The translations under genes were made by a program, and so were the position numbers. Positions 27,212-37,437 of a stretch of 64,000 nt of DNA are shown piece after piece (within the stretch, counting starts at the first letter, position 1; every line of letters begins with the position of its first letter). Source of the DNA: a virus. Below the pieces are notes generated by a model that saw only the letters and a program-made list of their open reading frames with translations, had not been told where the DNA came from and made no database searches. The stretch lies in IMG/VR virus record IMGVR_UViG_3300009788_000087; one strand, given 5' to 3'.

Positions 27212-28089
27212 ACTTTAGCGTCGAACATATAACCATGAAAAGTTTGAACCGTGTCACCTAAGCTAAAAAGACGTAAGCTCTCTGTTATTTCTGGTACAGG
27301 TAACGTTAGACTGCTAGTTGATCTGACACCAGCATCAACCATGTCGATTGTAAAGCTACCAGTATTATTTGAAACCCTAAATGCAACATGTTGCCAGCGA
27401 TCTCTTGTCACAGAGAAAGACGATGTTAGATTAATTGTTGCATCATCATCATTATTGAAAAACCCAAGTCTTCCATTTGATCCAGTGATGTAGAATCTCC
27501 ACTTCATCATAGTGGAATTAACAGTCATAGCCATGATTGTGTAGTCGTTATTACTACCACTAATCGATAGTGGTTTAATCATGGCTTCGATAGTATATGA
27601 TGCAGTCATCGTAGAGAAATCAGGGCCATCACCGAATGTTACTATATTCTGTGTACTCGGTTCAGAATACAACATGTAGTAATCATATGATGCAGTCGTA
27701 TAATCTACACTTACTTTCTCGTAGTAATCATATAAATTGAGGATTGGCCTAAAGTGCTCATCTCCCCAAAAACTATCATGTTGTTCTGTGTTTTTATCAA
27801 CAGCACGATTAACTACTTGAACATATGATACAGATCCAGTAAATGGATATGATGCACTGATCTGAACTTTCCCATCAATCGTATACGTATCCAGATTGTA
27901 GGTCGGCTGGATCGTTAGATCGGTACCAGTAGTTTCTCTTGAGCGGATACCCCCATAGAGACTTATGGAACCAGATGTGCCAACGCTGCCACGCCAACCA
28001 GCTGTTCCTGATGCTAATATTACCTTTGGACTTGTGTTAAGATTATAGTGAACAATGTCCGCAGGTCCAAATTTGTGGTAAACTGCCAT
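27151..28089 (-). CDS. N-terminal part (LamG domain) of the same frameshifted structural protein
   Basis: ATG at 28089 (MAVYHKF); LamG pattern YTIEAMIKP, WQHVAF, FHGYMFDAKVW. Confidence 0.75.
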   Translation of the reverse strand: MAVYHKFGPADIVHYNLNTSPKVILASGTAGWRGSVGTSGSISLYGGIRSRETTGTDLTIQPTYNLDTYTIDGKVQISASYPFTGSVSYVQVVNRAVDKNTEQHDSFWGDEHFRPILNLYDYYEKVSVDYTTASYDYYMLYSEPSTQNIVTFGDGPDFSTMTASYTIEAMIKPLSISGSNNDYTIMAMTVNSTMMKWRFYITGSNGRLGFFNNDDDATINLTSSFSVTRDRWQHVAFRVSNNTGSFTIDMVDAGVRSTSSLTLPVPEITESLRLFSLGDTVQTFHGYMFDAKVWAYNRTFSEMSSSLIEHLF

Positions 28090-28103
28090 CAATTCATGAC
28101 GTC

Positions 28104-28109
28104 TAAATA
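28104..28109 (-). promoter_or_regulatory. Candidate late-promoter element TATTTA
   Basis: TAnTTA in the 30-nt spacer, followed 6 nt later by an ATG-AAT-TGA mini-ORF that overlaps the gene start. Confidence 0.35.
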
Positions 28110-28119
28110 AATTTAAAGT

Positions 28120-29145
28120 TCAGTAATCCAATCTTATACGAAAAATTGCTTCAGTATCTGGGCTTTTTGTAATTGGTTTGTTGACTTTCGCAGCTGCAAG
28201 GAGATTATCATTTGGATCATAAAGACCAATTGTCGTGATATATGTCCTTGTCTGAAGGATATTGCTGCCAGATGTCACCCTGATTCTTTGTTCTGCGTCA
28301 ATGAACGTTGAGTTACTAGAATAATTGAACTCCGTATTCGTTGCTCTTGCGAAGTAAATCGTTGAGTGTAGGTTTGTCTGGTTGTGTAGATCCTTGCGTT
28401 CAATGTGTTCACGTAAACCGTCAACCAATGAGTCGATTGAAGATGATGCTTGAGCACCTTGTAGTGATACAGAACCTGTCCATGCAGCTACACCATTTTG
28501 AGTAATAGATGAATCCCATACGGTAGATGTAGGAAGAACAATCACTCCAGCATTATACCAAACCTGACCGACTTCATTACCAGAAGAACCGCTGATCTTC
28601 AACGGAGCATATTCGCCGCCGACATCTTGCTTGAAAGATGTTACTGCACCTTCGTCAGAAGCTGTATACTGTGCGACACCTGACTCTGCTAGATCTGTGT
28701 TGATCGTTAAAGCAATCGTACCTTTCTTAAGTTCATCTTTGTGGATGTTCCTCTTAAAAGCAATGAAGAATATCTCACTTCTTTCTGAACCAGCGACAGT
28801 GAATAATGAATCTCTATTTCCAAGAAGTGTTGAAGCAAAATGTCTGTACATCTTGATCTTCTCATTCTGAGAACTAGCTGCTGCTAGGTTTTGATTGAAT
28901 GACGAGCCAGTCGCGTAACCAAATGTCATATCAAACAATGGAGTACTCAATGAACTCGTTGGCGACGCGTCATATGCTGTCTGCCAATATCCACCAAGCT
29001 TTGTTGATGAACCAGATGAAATGTTATCGAAGAATTTGATGTTCTCCTCAACAGAATAAATCGATCCTGAGACCGCAATTACCTCATTTACAAATGAAAC
29101 GATTGACGCTACGTCGTTAGCTAAATCGAACTTCTTAAACGACAT
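28120..29145 (-). CDS. Baseplate/tail-associated structural protein (341 aa)
   Basis: C-terminal EFNYSSN.T...TYITTIGLYD..NLLAAAK..KP..K...RLDY, resembling the C-terminal half of tail-collar/fibre-attachment domains. Confidence 0.7.
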   Translation of the reverse strand: MSFKKFDLANDVASIVSFVNEVIAVSGSIYSVEENIKFFDNISSGSSTKLGGYWQTAYDASPTSSLSTPLFDMTFGYATGSSFNQNLAAASSQNEKIKMYRHFASTLLGNRDSLFTVAGSERSEIFFIAFKRNIHKDELKKGTIALTINTDLAESGVAQYTASDEGAVTSFKQDVGGEYAPLKISGSSGNEVGQVWYNAGVIVLPTSTVWDSSITQNGVAAWTGSVSLQGAQASSSIDSLVDGLREHIERKDLHNQTNLHSTIYFARATNTEFNYSSNSTFIDAEQRIRVTSGSNILQTRTYITTIGLYDPNDNLLAAAKVNKPITKSPDTEAIFRIRLDY

Positions 29146-29159
29146 TTTCTATTTTACTC

Positions 29160-29876
29160 CTAGCTCGTTGCAAACTCGGTGATAGTGACACCAATTTTAA
29201 TGTTCATGCCTGATTGCTGTCCAGTAACGACAATATTTGCACTAATCGTCCTAGGCTTAGTAACGCTTGCGCCAACCAAAGTGTCAAATGCTTCAGTTGT
29301 TAATGTCTGTACGCGAAGATTGAACTTGAGTTCAGTTCCACCTGCCGATGTCACTCTTCCTGGTACAGCAGCAACGATATACTGTGCTGTGCCAAATGGT
29401 GAGATCGATACTGGGATCTCATCATGTACAAAGAGAAGATCATTGTCAACTTCAATTGAATAGTTTACGTCGATAATCTCTGCTGGCAAGACTGTCTGAG
29501 ACCTTGAAATATCTTGGCTGACGATCACGTCAACACCACCGCCGACAGAGTCTGTCTGTTCCTTAAGACTGATAGTTGTTGGTTTGGACGTGAACTTGGG
29601 CAAGAACTGCAGTCTAGCATTTCTGATCGTTATGAGCGGATTCCTGAGAGCAATGTTCTCATTTGTGAATGCTTCGAATATTGGAGTATCGAGGATCTTA
29701 CGATCTTTTGAGTCAGAACCAGTAAGTTCATTCCAGAACCTATAGTCTATCTCGTCGTCGCCCAGTCTAAAAGCAACAATCTCGAAACTTCCGTCGTTTC
29801 TTGCAAGTTTCTCACGACCCAAGTCTGTGAGGACTGCGTCGATGAAGATCTGCCCAGAATTGTCTTGAAAACCCAT
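29160..29876 (-). CDS. Baseplate/tail-associated structural protein (238 aa)
   Basis: MGFQDN...IDAVLTDLGRE.LA...F.LGDDEIDY N-terminus, paralogous to 37438-38163. Confidence 0.7.
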   Translation of the reverse strand: MGFQDNSGQIFIDAVLTDLGREKLARNDGSFEIVAFRLGDDEIDYRFWNELTGSDSKDRKILDTPIFEAFTNENIALRNPLITIRNARLQFLPKFTSKPTTISLKEQTDSVGGGVDVIVSQDISRSQTVLPAEIIDVNYSIEVDNDLLFVHDEIPVSISPFGTAQYIVAAVPGRVTSAGGTELKFNLRVQTLTTEAFDTLVGASVTKPRTISANIVVTGQQSGMNIKIGVTITEFATS

Positions 29877-29930
29877 GATATCAAACTCCGCGGGAACCTA
29901 CGTTCCCCATAATTATGGTTCTTTTTCCTT

Positions 29931-32330
29931 TTATAACTTACCAAAGAGCTGAGTTGCATAAAGCCCCTTGTGGCGTCCTCTATCTGCTCTTGGATCCTCG
30001 ACTATACCAGTAACGCCAGTAGATATAGCTTGGTCAAGGAAATCTCGTATATTTTTGTCATCTAGCTTTGGTTTATCCACTTGGATATGTACTGTCTTTT
30101 CACGTTTCGTTATCTCTGGTTTCAAATTATCGAAAACCATTGTAACCAATATGTCTTGTTTCTCACCCGTATCCAGAGATTCCATTCTGAGGCAGTATGT
30201 GGTATCTGAGAATACGCGATTGTTTGTTCCTGGTCGTGATGTCATGATTAGTGTATCTTGGAATGTCGTCTCTCTGAATATTCTCGCTGGTGGGTTCGTG
30301 GCGAATGCACCAATTGCCTCTAGCCTCACACCAGCAGCTGAGATACTTTCTATTGGATACTCGCCTTCGTTCTTGAATTGTTCATTTAGACGAACAGCGA
30401 GCTGGCAAGATAAAAACGAGAACTCGTCATGTCTTGTAACAGTTTGAGCAGCATAAACATACTTTAGATTCCCGTCTTGGAAGTACTTTACGTCATTGTC
30501 AAAGAATAATACATTCTGCGCACCGAACCTAATGTCAATCAGATCCCAATCTGTAAGATCATTTCCAGCGCCATCTCGTAACTTTCTGAAGAGCCTGTAG
30601 TAATGGATATCACGCTGGCTATTGCACGGAAGCTTCCACGTCACGACGACTCTCTTCCTGTGTGACTCAGTTCGAACTGAGAATTCATCTGGCGGACCTG
30701 GTAGCTTTGTATCAACAATTGCTCCATATCGCCAATTCCTGCCCCACTCGCTTGTAAAATATGAACTCTTATGTGTTGCAAGACCCTTTGTCTGTGTAAA
30801 GTCAGCATCGAAGAAGTTTCCATCCTCGAACCCCATATGAGTAATATTACCCTTCCGTGTCCACTTGAGGATAATCTTTATCCTATATCGATAAATGCCT
30901 CCATACAAGACTTTCGTATCAATAAATTCAGTACAATCAATGTCTGGAATCTCAATCTCGTCAATGAGCTGAAATACACCATCAGATCCTTGTGTATATT
31001 TTTCTATGACATAGCCAACATATTCAGTACCTGATTCTTCCTGTGTTGCTGGAAATGTTGGAATATTAGATTTCTTCTTAATCTCAGGTTCTGTTTCTGA
31101 TAGAACACAAAGATTTGGCAGGAATTGTCCGAGACCAGCGATAACTTCAGCATGTTCTGGGTATTCAATTAGATCAACTTTACCTTCGCTCACGAGACCA
31201 GTAATCGCAGGATCAACAAACACAACTTCAGTGAATGCAGTCATGTCAGTTACTCTCCGTGGAGCTGCAACTGTCTCATAGATTATATGAATAAGTGGAT
31301 CTTCTTCTTGTGTACCAAACGTTCCAACAGACTGTGAGCTTTTCTCTGCTGTCACTAATCTCATTGTCATTAGTGGAGATGATGGTAGGATCCCTTGGAT
31401 TGTTATAGCTGCAGGAGCGTCATGGGCTGAAAATATTGAACGTGTTGGACTACTTGTTTTTACTATCGAAAACTTACCATCATATAGGTCTCCCTTTATG
31501 CTCTTGGCTTTTTTCGACATTACCCCCACCGATGTCTTCGATGCTCTAATGATACCATTATCAGAATTGATATTTGTTTGGATATCATGTAGTTCGATGC
31601 CGTTCGTGCTTTCAGAACACAGATATTCCATCTCATCAACTCTTGCTGTTGGTCCTACAGTAGAATATCCTGCTTTCGTAAGAGGCATCTCAACAATTGC
31701 CGAGATAACACCCGGGCATATGAAACCATTGGCGACAGCTTTCCTTATGACGCCGAATTTCATAGCGCTGAGTCTATCGAATCTTATGCCGCGTTTGATG
31801 TCAGAACGAATTGGTTTGTTGACTCTAAGTGAAAAGCTTCTCGTTCTCTTATCGGTCGGTGGTGATATTCTGGATGATGGTGGCTTATCTGTAAACGGAG
31901 CGCGCTGCCATTTGAGTTTGATATATCTGGGTATATCTTCTACTTTCTTGTTGCCGCGGGGCTCATCGTCATTTGTCTCTTCATCTTCAATATAATAATT
32001 GTAGTGTGGAATAGCCTCAAATTTGAATGCAGTAAACAAAGTATTAAACGACCCAGGAGATGACTCTCTTGTTTCTACAACAGAAAACTGTGGTTCTGTT
32101 GTTACTTCAAAATCACTAACTAAACCATTATTAGCTTCAGGGATAATTGGAGCCGCTAAGTCACGATCATCTTCTTCATTAAAATCAGATATTACAACAA
32201 TACCATCAGCTGATATAACTCTACCACCTATAGGATCTCCCAATCCACCTGGTAGACCTGTATCAGAGTTAGAATCAAATACTCCTACAGTATCTCCCAA
32301 ACCTCCAAATGAAAAGAACTTAACTGCCAT
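29931..32330 (-). CDS. Virion structural protein with FN3-like domains (799 aa)
   Basis: FIDTKVLYGGIYRYRI, PGPPDEF...VTWK, FFDNDV...YVYAAQTV. Confidence 0.65.
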   Translation of the reverse strand: MAVKFFSFGGLGDTVGVFDSNSDTGLPGGLGDPIGGRVISADGIVVISDFNEEDDRDLAAPIIPEANNGLVSDFEVTTEPQFSVVETRESSPGSFNTLFTAFKFEAIPHYNYYIEDEETNDDEPRGNKKVEDIPRYIKLKWQRAPFTDKPPSSRISPPTDKRTRSFSLRVNKPIRSDIKRGIRFDRLSAMKFGVIRKAVANGFICPGVISAIVEMPLTKAGYSTVGPTARVDEMEYLCSESTNGIELHDIQTNINSDNGIIRASKTSVGVMSKKAKSIKGDLYDGKFSIVKTSSPTRSIFSAHDAPAAITIQGILPSSPLMTMRLVTAEKSSQSVGTFGTQEEDPLIHIIYETVAAPRRVTDMTAFTEVVFVDPAITGLVSEGKVDLIEYPEHAEVIAGLGQFLPNLCVLSETEPEIKKKSNIPTFPATQEESGTEYVGYVIEKYTQGSDGVFQLIDEIEIPDIDCTEFIDTKVLYGGIYRYRIKIILKWTRKGNITHMGFEDGNFFDADFTQTKGLATHKSSYFTSEWGRNWRYGAIVDTKLPGPPDEFSVRTESHRKRVVVTWKLPCNSQRDIHYYRLFRKLRDGAGNDLTDWDLIDIRFGAQNVLFFDNDVKYFQDGNLKYVYAAQTVTRHDEFSFLSCQLAVRLNEQFKNEGEYPIESISAAGVRLEAIGAFATNPPARIFRETTFQDTLIMTSRPGTNNRVFSDTTYCLRMESLDTGEKQDILVTMVFDNLKPEITKREKTVHIQVDKPKLDDKNIRDFLDQAISTGVTGIVEDPRADRGRHKGLYATQLFGKL

Positions 32331-34256
32331 CTATAATATAGTAGGTGGAGTTCCACCTTCTCCTGCACCAGGTGCCATCAATGTTGCTTCTCCGCTGATT
32401 CCAACTCGAAGATCCTGTCCACTAGGTCCTGACCCGAAACTAGCTCTATTTGGATTGAGATCAAAGAATAGCCTAATCGTCCGTACGAATTCGCTCATTC
32501 CTTCAAATGTCGTCAAGTCAAGAACTTCTACACTTGGGTCAAACTCGCCCACGAATTGAATCGGGTCCTCAGCTGACTCTGGTTTATCATCTGTATCTGG
32601 TACATCAATCTCTGTCGGTGAGGACGACTCGTCGACTCGAGTGGCATCTGTGCTACCCTGTAGGACGATTAGGAGATTGCTTACAAGAGATTCCATGTCA
32701 ACTGTTGCTGTTTCAGGATCTATTGCTGCCAACACTGTTGTCAACCCACCAAGTCTACGCTCATCAAATACTGCAGTCGCTCTTGTGAATGTGTCTTCCT
32801 GTGGTGATTCCTTCGAACCAAAGAATAAATCTAAACCCGTCGCTTCGATAATCTCTAAAATTGTCTGTGAGACACCAAATGTAGCAATGCTTTCCTTCAA
32901 GTTCTTAATCACTTCATTTGGATCGAGTGGACGGAAGAATTTATTAAGCTGTATCTGATCCCTCAAAAAACTAAGATCTGCACCCAGATATGAGAATCTT
33001 CTTACTGTAGCTCGATCATCACCACGTTCAATTGCTGCCAATGTATTTGCTGCAGCTATAATCCAATCGTACTTATCATGACCATAATATTTCTTTGATA
33101 AGAATGGATATGGACTGATGTCGTTAAATGTCGCACCTTCCAGTTTTGTCCCGATGGTGCTGTCAACGTGGTTTTGCATCTCTTTCTCAATATCTGACAG
33201 CTGTAACATAGCAATCGGAAATGGAGCTACATCGACATCGAATACAAATCTAGAATCCCTACGAGCATTCTGAACTGCCTTCAAGTGGTATGTGTAAAAA
33301 TTGTGTTTCGTGACGTTCTTATCAAGGAATGCATAAATCGAATTATCATCGAACTGCTCATAGAATGATAAAACCCATTCCTTGATATAATCCTTGAGAG
33401 CATTATACTGTATTGCAGCCTGCTCATTTGAGAGCTCAAATGTCACGTCTTTGTTATCAAATACACTATGACGTCTAAGTCTATATCCTGACGCGTCGGG
33501 AATTCTCTTCCACCCTACTATAGCACCTTGAAATACATTGTCAGGATCATATTTTGCAGTGAAGATTATCTTTGGAATACGATTCTTGAAGTTAAGCTGA
33601 CCCAGTGATTCTCTGATGCGTGCTCTCTTTATCTTATCTACATTTGGAATAAAACTGAGGAGGTCTACTACACCTTCCGCGAGTGGCATATCATATCCTG
33701 CCAGCTGCAATGAATATGACGAAATCTGTCCTGCGGCGGCACCTGTTGTTGAAGATCTTTCGTTAAATCCGAGAGTACCCTCTTTTTCACGTTCTGCAAG
33801 GCGCAGTAGTATATCTAAATTGAATGCAAGATCATCTGCAAGCTGTCTATCGATCATGATAGGCGCAATTAATCTCTGTCCTTTTGTCTCACTAATAGCA
33901 GAAAACTTCAAGGAGCGATTCTCATTAAATCTTGCAATCTCAGCAAATGGATTAGAAGGAGGTACGAACCCTGCTGCTTTTGCTCTTGAGATGAACATGC
34001 TAATATCATCAATAACTTCTATTACATTATTTGCTGCAGATCTTATCGCTTGAATCTCTCCGTGTGATAATGGAACTCCCGAGTCAGTAAATGGTATGAC
34101 GTCACTGGGGTTATTTACTAATGCTGCTGAATTGTCACATTTTTGAAGTAAAGCTGGCGCGCCACCAGTCAACATATTAATAGCACTGTCTTTTAACCTC
34201 AAGCTAAAGAGACAGTCAGCAAGTGCTATTATCTTATTTTGATTTTCTGTAGGCAT
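32331..34256 (-). CDS. Virion structural protein with an FN3-like domain (641 aa)
   Basis: IVGWKRIPDASGYRLRR...FLDKNV..HNFYTYHLKAV. Confidence 0.6.
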   Translation of the reverse strand: MPTENQNKIIALADCLFSLRLKDSAINMLTGGAPALLQKCDNSAALVNNPSDVIPFTDSGVPLSHGEIQAIRSAANNVIEVIDDISMFISRAKAAGFVPPSNPFAEIARFNENRSLKFSAISETKGQRLIAPIMIDRQLADDLAFNLDILLRLAEREKEGTLGFNERSSTTGAAAGQISSYSLQLAGYDMPLAEGVVDLLSFIPNVDKIKRARIRESLGQLNFKNRIPKIIFTAKYDPDNVFQGAIVGWKRIPDASGYRLRRHSVFDNKDVTFELSNEQAAIQYNALKDYIKEWVLSFYEQFDDNSIYAFLDKNVTKHNFYTYHLKAVQNARRDSRFVFDVDVAPFPIAMLQLSDIEKEMQNHVDSTIGTKLEGATFNDISPYPFLSKKYYGHDKYDWIIAAANTLAAIERGDDRATVRRFSYLGADLSFLRDQIQLNKFFRPLDPNEVIKNLKESIATFGVSQTILEIIEATGLDLFFGSKESPQEDTFTRATAVFDERRLGGLTTVLAAIDPETATVDMESLVSNLLIVLQGSTDATRVDESSSPTEIDVPDTDDKPESAEDPIQFVGEFDPSVEVLDLTTFEGMSEFVRTIRLFFDLNPNRASFGSGPSGQDLRVGISGEATLMAPGAGEGGTPPTIL

Positions 34257-34257
34257 G

Positions 34258-37200
34258 TTACAACGTCACAACTCCCGGTCTTCTAGGTCTGACTATTGAT
34301 TTCTTTGTTGTCGTGACTGACCTCTTTTGAGAAAAACCGCGAATTAGTGGGCTTCTAATCCTAAGTGGTTTCGTATCACGTGCTAGTAGATTTCTCTCAG
34401 TCTGCGTTATAGATGCGTTAATCTTTCTTTCAAATGACGGATCAGATATCTTAATGCCCCTAATGATTGGTTTCGCTGTATTTCCAGTATTAATACCGAC
34501 TGCGGTTAATCTATAGAAGTATGTGTTTCCAAACTCAACATCTGAATCAATATAGTGATGTTGACCCGATAGAACACGATTCTTTCTTGAATCTTTATTA
34601 ACTCTTGAATCCATTACATCGAAAACTCGTGCACGAGAACGACTAGATTCCTTAAATACGTCGATTACATGTTCGAAGTTTAACTTCTCAATATCTTTCG
34701 TATTCGTAACATTCAAACGTGCTGCTGCAAAATTGTTAACAACAGCTCTCTCAATCTTCCACCTATCAACAGTACCAGAGTTCTTCGGTGTATCCCAATT
34801 CAATGTAGTAAAGAATGGTTCACATTTCGTATCGCATGACTTAATCTTAAACTTGATTGGTCGAGCGACAGGAGTAAATGTGTTAATGCTAACTGTGTTT
34901 GAGAAGTTGCTAATGAAATTTCCTGTCTGCATTGCGGAAACACGATACATATAATTTGAATCTACTTCGAGGAATACAGGTCTATATGACGGAGTTTTTT
35001 CACCTGACTTTGCAATACGATCGTCAAATGATCTATGTTCCGTTAATGGAAATTGATCCCATATTTCAGAACCTTTCTTCTTGCGCTCAATCTGATATAG
35101 CGTTCTGAATATTGTTTCCTCAAGAACATCTCTATTTCCGATTCTATCCTCTGGATCTATATCGATATTTCCATCATCCCATGCCAGTGTCACGACTCCA
35201 TTTTTTCCACTAATAGCCGTAATATTCAATGGTGCGTCAACAAGTGGTCTAGTTGAGATAAAGAGAGGAGAAGAGACTGCGTATGACGACTTATTACCGA
35301 ATCTATCTACCGCGTACACACTATATTGATACGTATTATCTATTCGTGTCGTCTTATCGAGAAATAATATCTGCTTGTTGTTATTCTCGAAATAACCAGT
35401 CCATGCATTGTCACTTGATCGCATTACAGTGTCTTCAAATGTCTTGCAGCCGGCCGACTCACAATTACCTTGTCGAATTTGACTTGGTTGTGTTGGTATC
35501 GTAAATGCACGTTCTTTAAGTGTATTATTCTTTCTTGCGAGGAAGAATGCTTTTACACGAGGGTCATCACCGATTATTGTGATACGAATATTCTTTGTCG
35601 TAGCATCGACCTCTGCAAGAATCGTTGGCTTCCTAAGATCTGTAATACGACTTGATCTTTCATTTAAGAAGACAACGATTTCCTTTGGGTGTTGTGACTT
35701 ATTACCGTGTACATCAACAGAATAAATTCGATATATGTACTTCTTACCTTGAACTGAAGTTTTATCTACAAATGTTGAACCACCGAACTTTGTATTTAAC
35801 GACTCACCAACTTGAACATATCCCGTATCAAGTGCTTCACGGGACTCACGCTCTACAGTAAATCCCAATTCACTATCAATCACTGGAATATTCTCAGGAG
35901 CAACCTCTTTACGGTTAGACATCGATAATTTTCTATAAATCTCAAATTTAACGACATTGTCTTCTAGATTAGCTAACATGCAAAGTGTTACGAAACTACC
36001 ATTCTTCGCTATAGCGATACTACGAGGCTCACGAGGTGGTACCACATCTTCTATAGTAATCTTAACGATTCTTGATCTGACACTTTCAGTAATTGTCTCA
36101 TCGAGTGAAGAGACATAGTATGTGTATGTACTCCCAAGTTCTACAGTGTTATCAATGTAAGAGAACTCCACAAGCTCTGCACCGGGCGGCCCGACCTTAC
36201 GGTTCTTAAGACGTATGATTGGAACGACTGTAAGCTCCTTATAGTTGCTTGCATTCGGCTTATCCATAACAAGACTACTTTGAATCTTGGCGCGCTTTTT
36301 AATTTCTTTTCTATGTCGATGACCTAGCTTTGACAACGTGTCAGCACTAACTTCCGTACCACCTGATAGAATGCTTACTGGGTCATACTTTGTTGTCAAG
36401 TTTGGATTCTGAATCTGAATATTTCTTATTGCTTTTAGATCATTTACAACTGACGCGTCAATTTCACCGATCTCTGTCAGATCAAGAAATGAAAGTAAAG
36501 ACTCAAGGTTTTTATTATCAGAACTTTTTGTTTCCATTTCAGGATCACGCGTCGCAAAAACTGCAGATCCTGAAGAACTAACAAGACCCGTGCGTAATCC
36601 AGTGAATTCATCGATTTTTGTCGTTAGTGAGAGTGAGTTCTCAATTCCATTCTGATCAAACCTGAGACTCTCGTATGCTCCCTCTTTTGCGAAGTTCTTA
36701 TTTCTCGTTCGCATCGTGACACCCTGTATCTCAGCAGCACCATGTCTATTAAGACGGACGCGGTGTGGTCGTGTAGATTCAGGAGACTTCTTCTTTGCTC
36801 TAAAGATGCGAAAAGCTTTTACTTTCTCTTCACGAATAAGTTTGTTAGGTAACGTGAATTTAACCTGTGTAGAATACCTGTCAACCAATCCACGATCACT
36901 GAAGACTATTTGCACAAAGTCAATATCTGGAACTGCTTTATTTATGCGTGGTGATATAATTGGTTTATCTTCGATTGAAGATACAGTACCACGCTTGATG
37001 AGGCTGCTGACAGCAGACTCAACCATCACTCTTGCATCACTACTATTGATTGTTTCAAGACCAATAGCAGTAACGACTGAGTCAATAAAACTATTCTGTA
37101 TTGCCTGCAAATCTGACTTTGCATACTTCGTGCCTTGAAATCCTCGCTTATCATCTCCAGTATCAGTTTCGATTGACTCACGTATAGTTTGATCAAGTTC

Positions 37201-37437
37201 ACCGAGTGTTTGTCTTGCTGCGGCGGCGGCTTTTTCAACAGCTCTTGCTACAACATTCATACCAGATGCCGCTTCAACAAGGTGATCAGAGTTCGATTTA
37301 GACTTTACAAAGACATCATCTTGACGATCTAAAGGCTGCTTGCCAAAGAACTTTCGTGTCTGCGTTCCTTTGCCAAGCGGCAGTTTAAATCTGCTGCTAA
37401 TAGCTTGCTGGTCAGATCTACTATTAGAACCAGCCAT
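34258..37437 (-). CDS. Large virion structural protein with about 5 FN3-like repeats (1059 aa)
   Basis: Repeated F/Y-x-D...Y-x-Y-x-V/I motifs (YIDNTVELGSTYTYYV, FVDKTSVQGKKYIYRI, FLDKTTRIDNTYQYSV, YIDSDVEFGNTYFYRL). Confidence 0.7.
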   Translation of the reverse strand: MAGSNSRSDQQAISSRFKLPLGKGTQTRKFFGKQPLDRQDDVFVKSKSNSDHLVEAASGMNVVARAVEKAAAAARQTLGELDQTIRESIETDTGDDKRGFQGTKYAKSDLQAIQNSFIDSVVTAIGLETINSSDARVMVESAVSSLIKRGTVSSIEDKPIISPRINKAVPDIDFVQIVFSDRGLVDRYSTQVKFTLPNKLIREEKVKAFRIFRAKKKSPESTRPHRVRLNRHGAAEIQGVTMRTRNKNFAKEGAYESLRFDQNGIENSLSLTTKIDEFTGLRTGLVSSSGSAVFATRDPEMETKSSDNKNLESLLSFLDLTEIGEIDASVVNDLKAIRNIQIQNPNLTTKYDPVSILSGGTEVSADTLSKLGHRHRKEIKKRAKIQSSLVMDKPNASNYKELTVVPIIRLKNRKVGPPGAELVEFSYIDNTVELGSTYTYYVSSLDETITESVRSRIVKITIEDVVPPREPRSIAIAKNGSFVTLCMLANLEDNVVKFEIYRKLSMSNRKEVAPENIPVIDSELGFTVERESREALDTGYVQVGESLNTKFGGSTFVDKTSVQGKKYIYRIYSVDVHGNKSQHPKEIVVFLNERSSRITDLRKPTILAEVDATTKNIRITIIGDDPRVKAFFLARKNNTLKERAFTIPTQPSQIRQGNCESAGCKTFEDTVMRSSDNAWTGYFENNNKQILFLDKTTRIDNTYQYSVYAVDRFGNKSSYAVSSPLFISTRPLVDAPLNITAISGKNGVVTLAWDDGNIDIDPEDRIGNRDVLEETIFRTLYQIERKKKGSEIWDQFPLTEHRSFDDRIAKSGEKTPSYRPVFLEVDSNYMYRVSAMQTGNFISNFSNTVSINTFTPVARPIKFKIKSCDTKCEPFFTTLNWDTPKNSGTVDRWKIERAVVNNFAAARLNVTNTKDIEKLNFEHVIDVFKESSRSRARVFDVMDSRVNKDSRKNRVLSGQHHYIDSDVEFGNTYFYRLTAVGINTGNTAKPIIRGIKISDPSFERKINASITQTERNLLARDTKPLRIRSPLIRGFSQKRSVTTTKKSIVRPRRPGVVTL

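Noticed and set aside
29892-29907. Hairpin GGGAAC-GTAG-GTTCCC upstream of 29876
   Set aside because: Only a 6-bp stem with no adjacent U-tract, so not called a terminator; it could be a 5' stabiliser but there is no further support.
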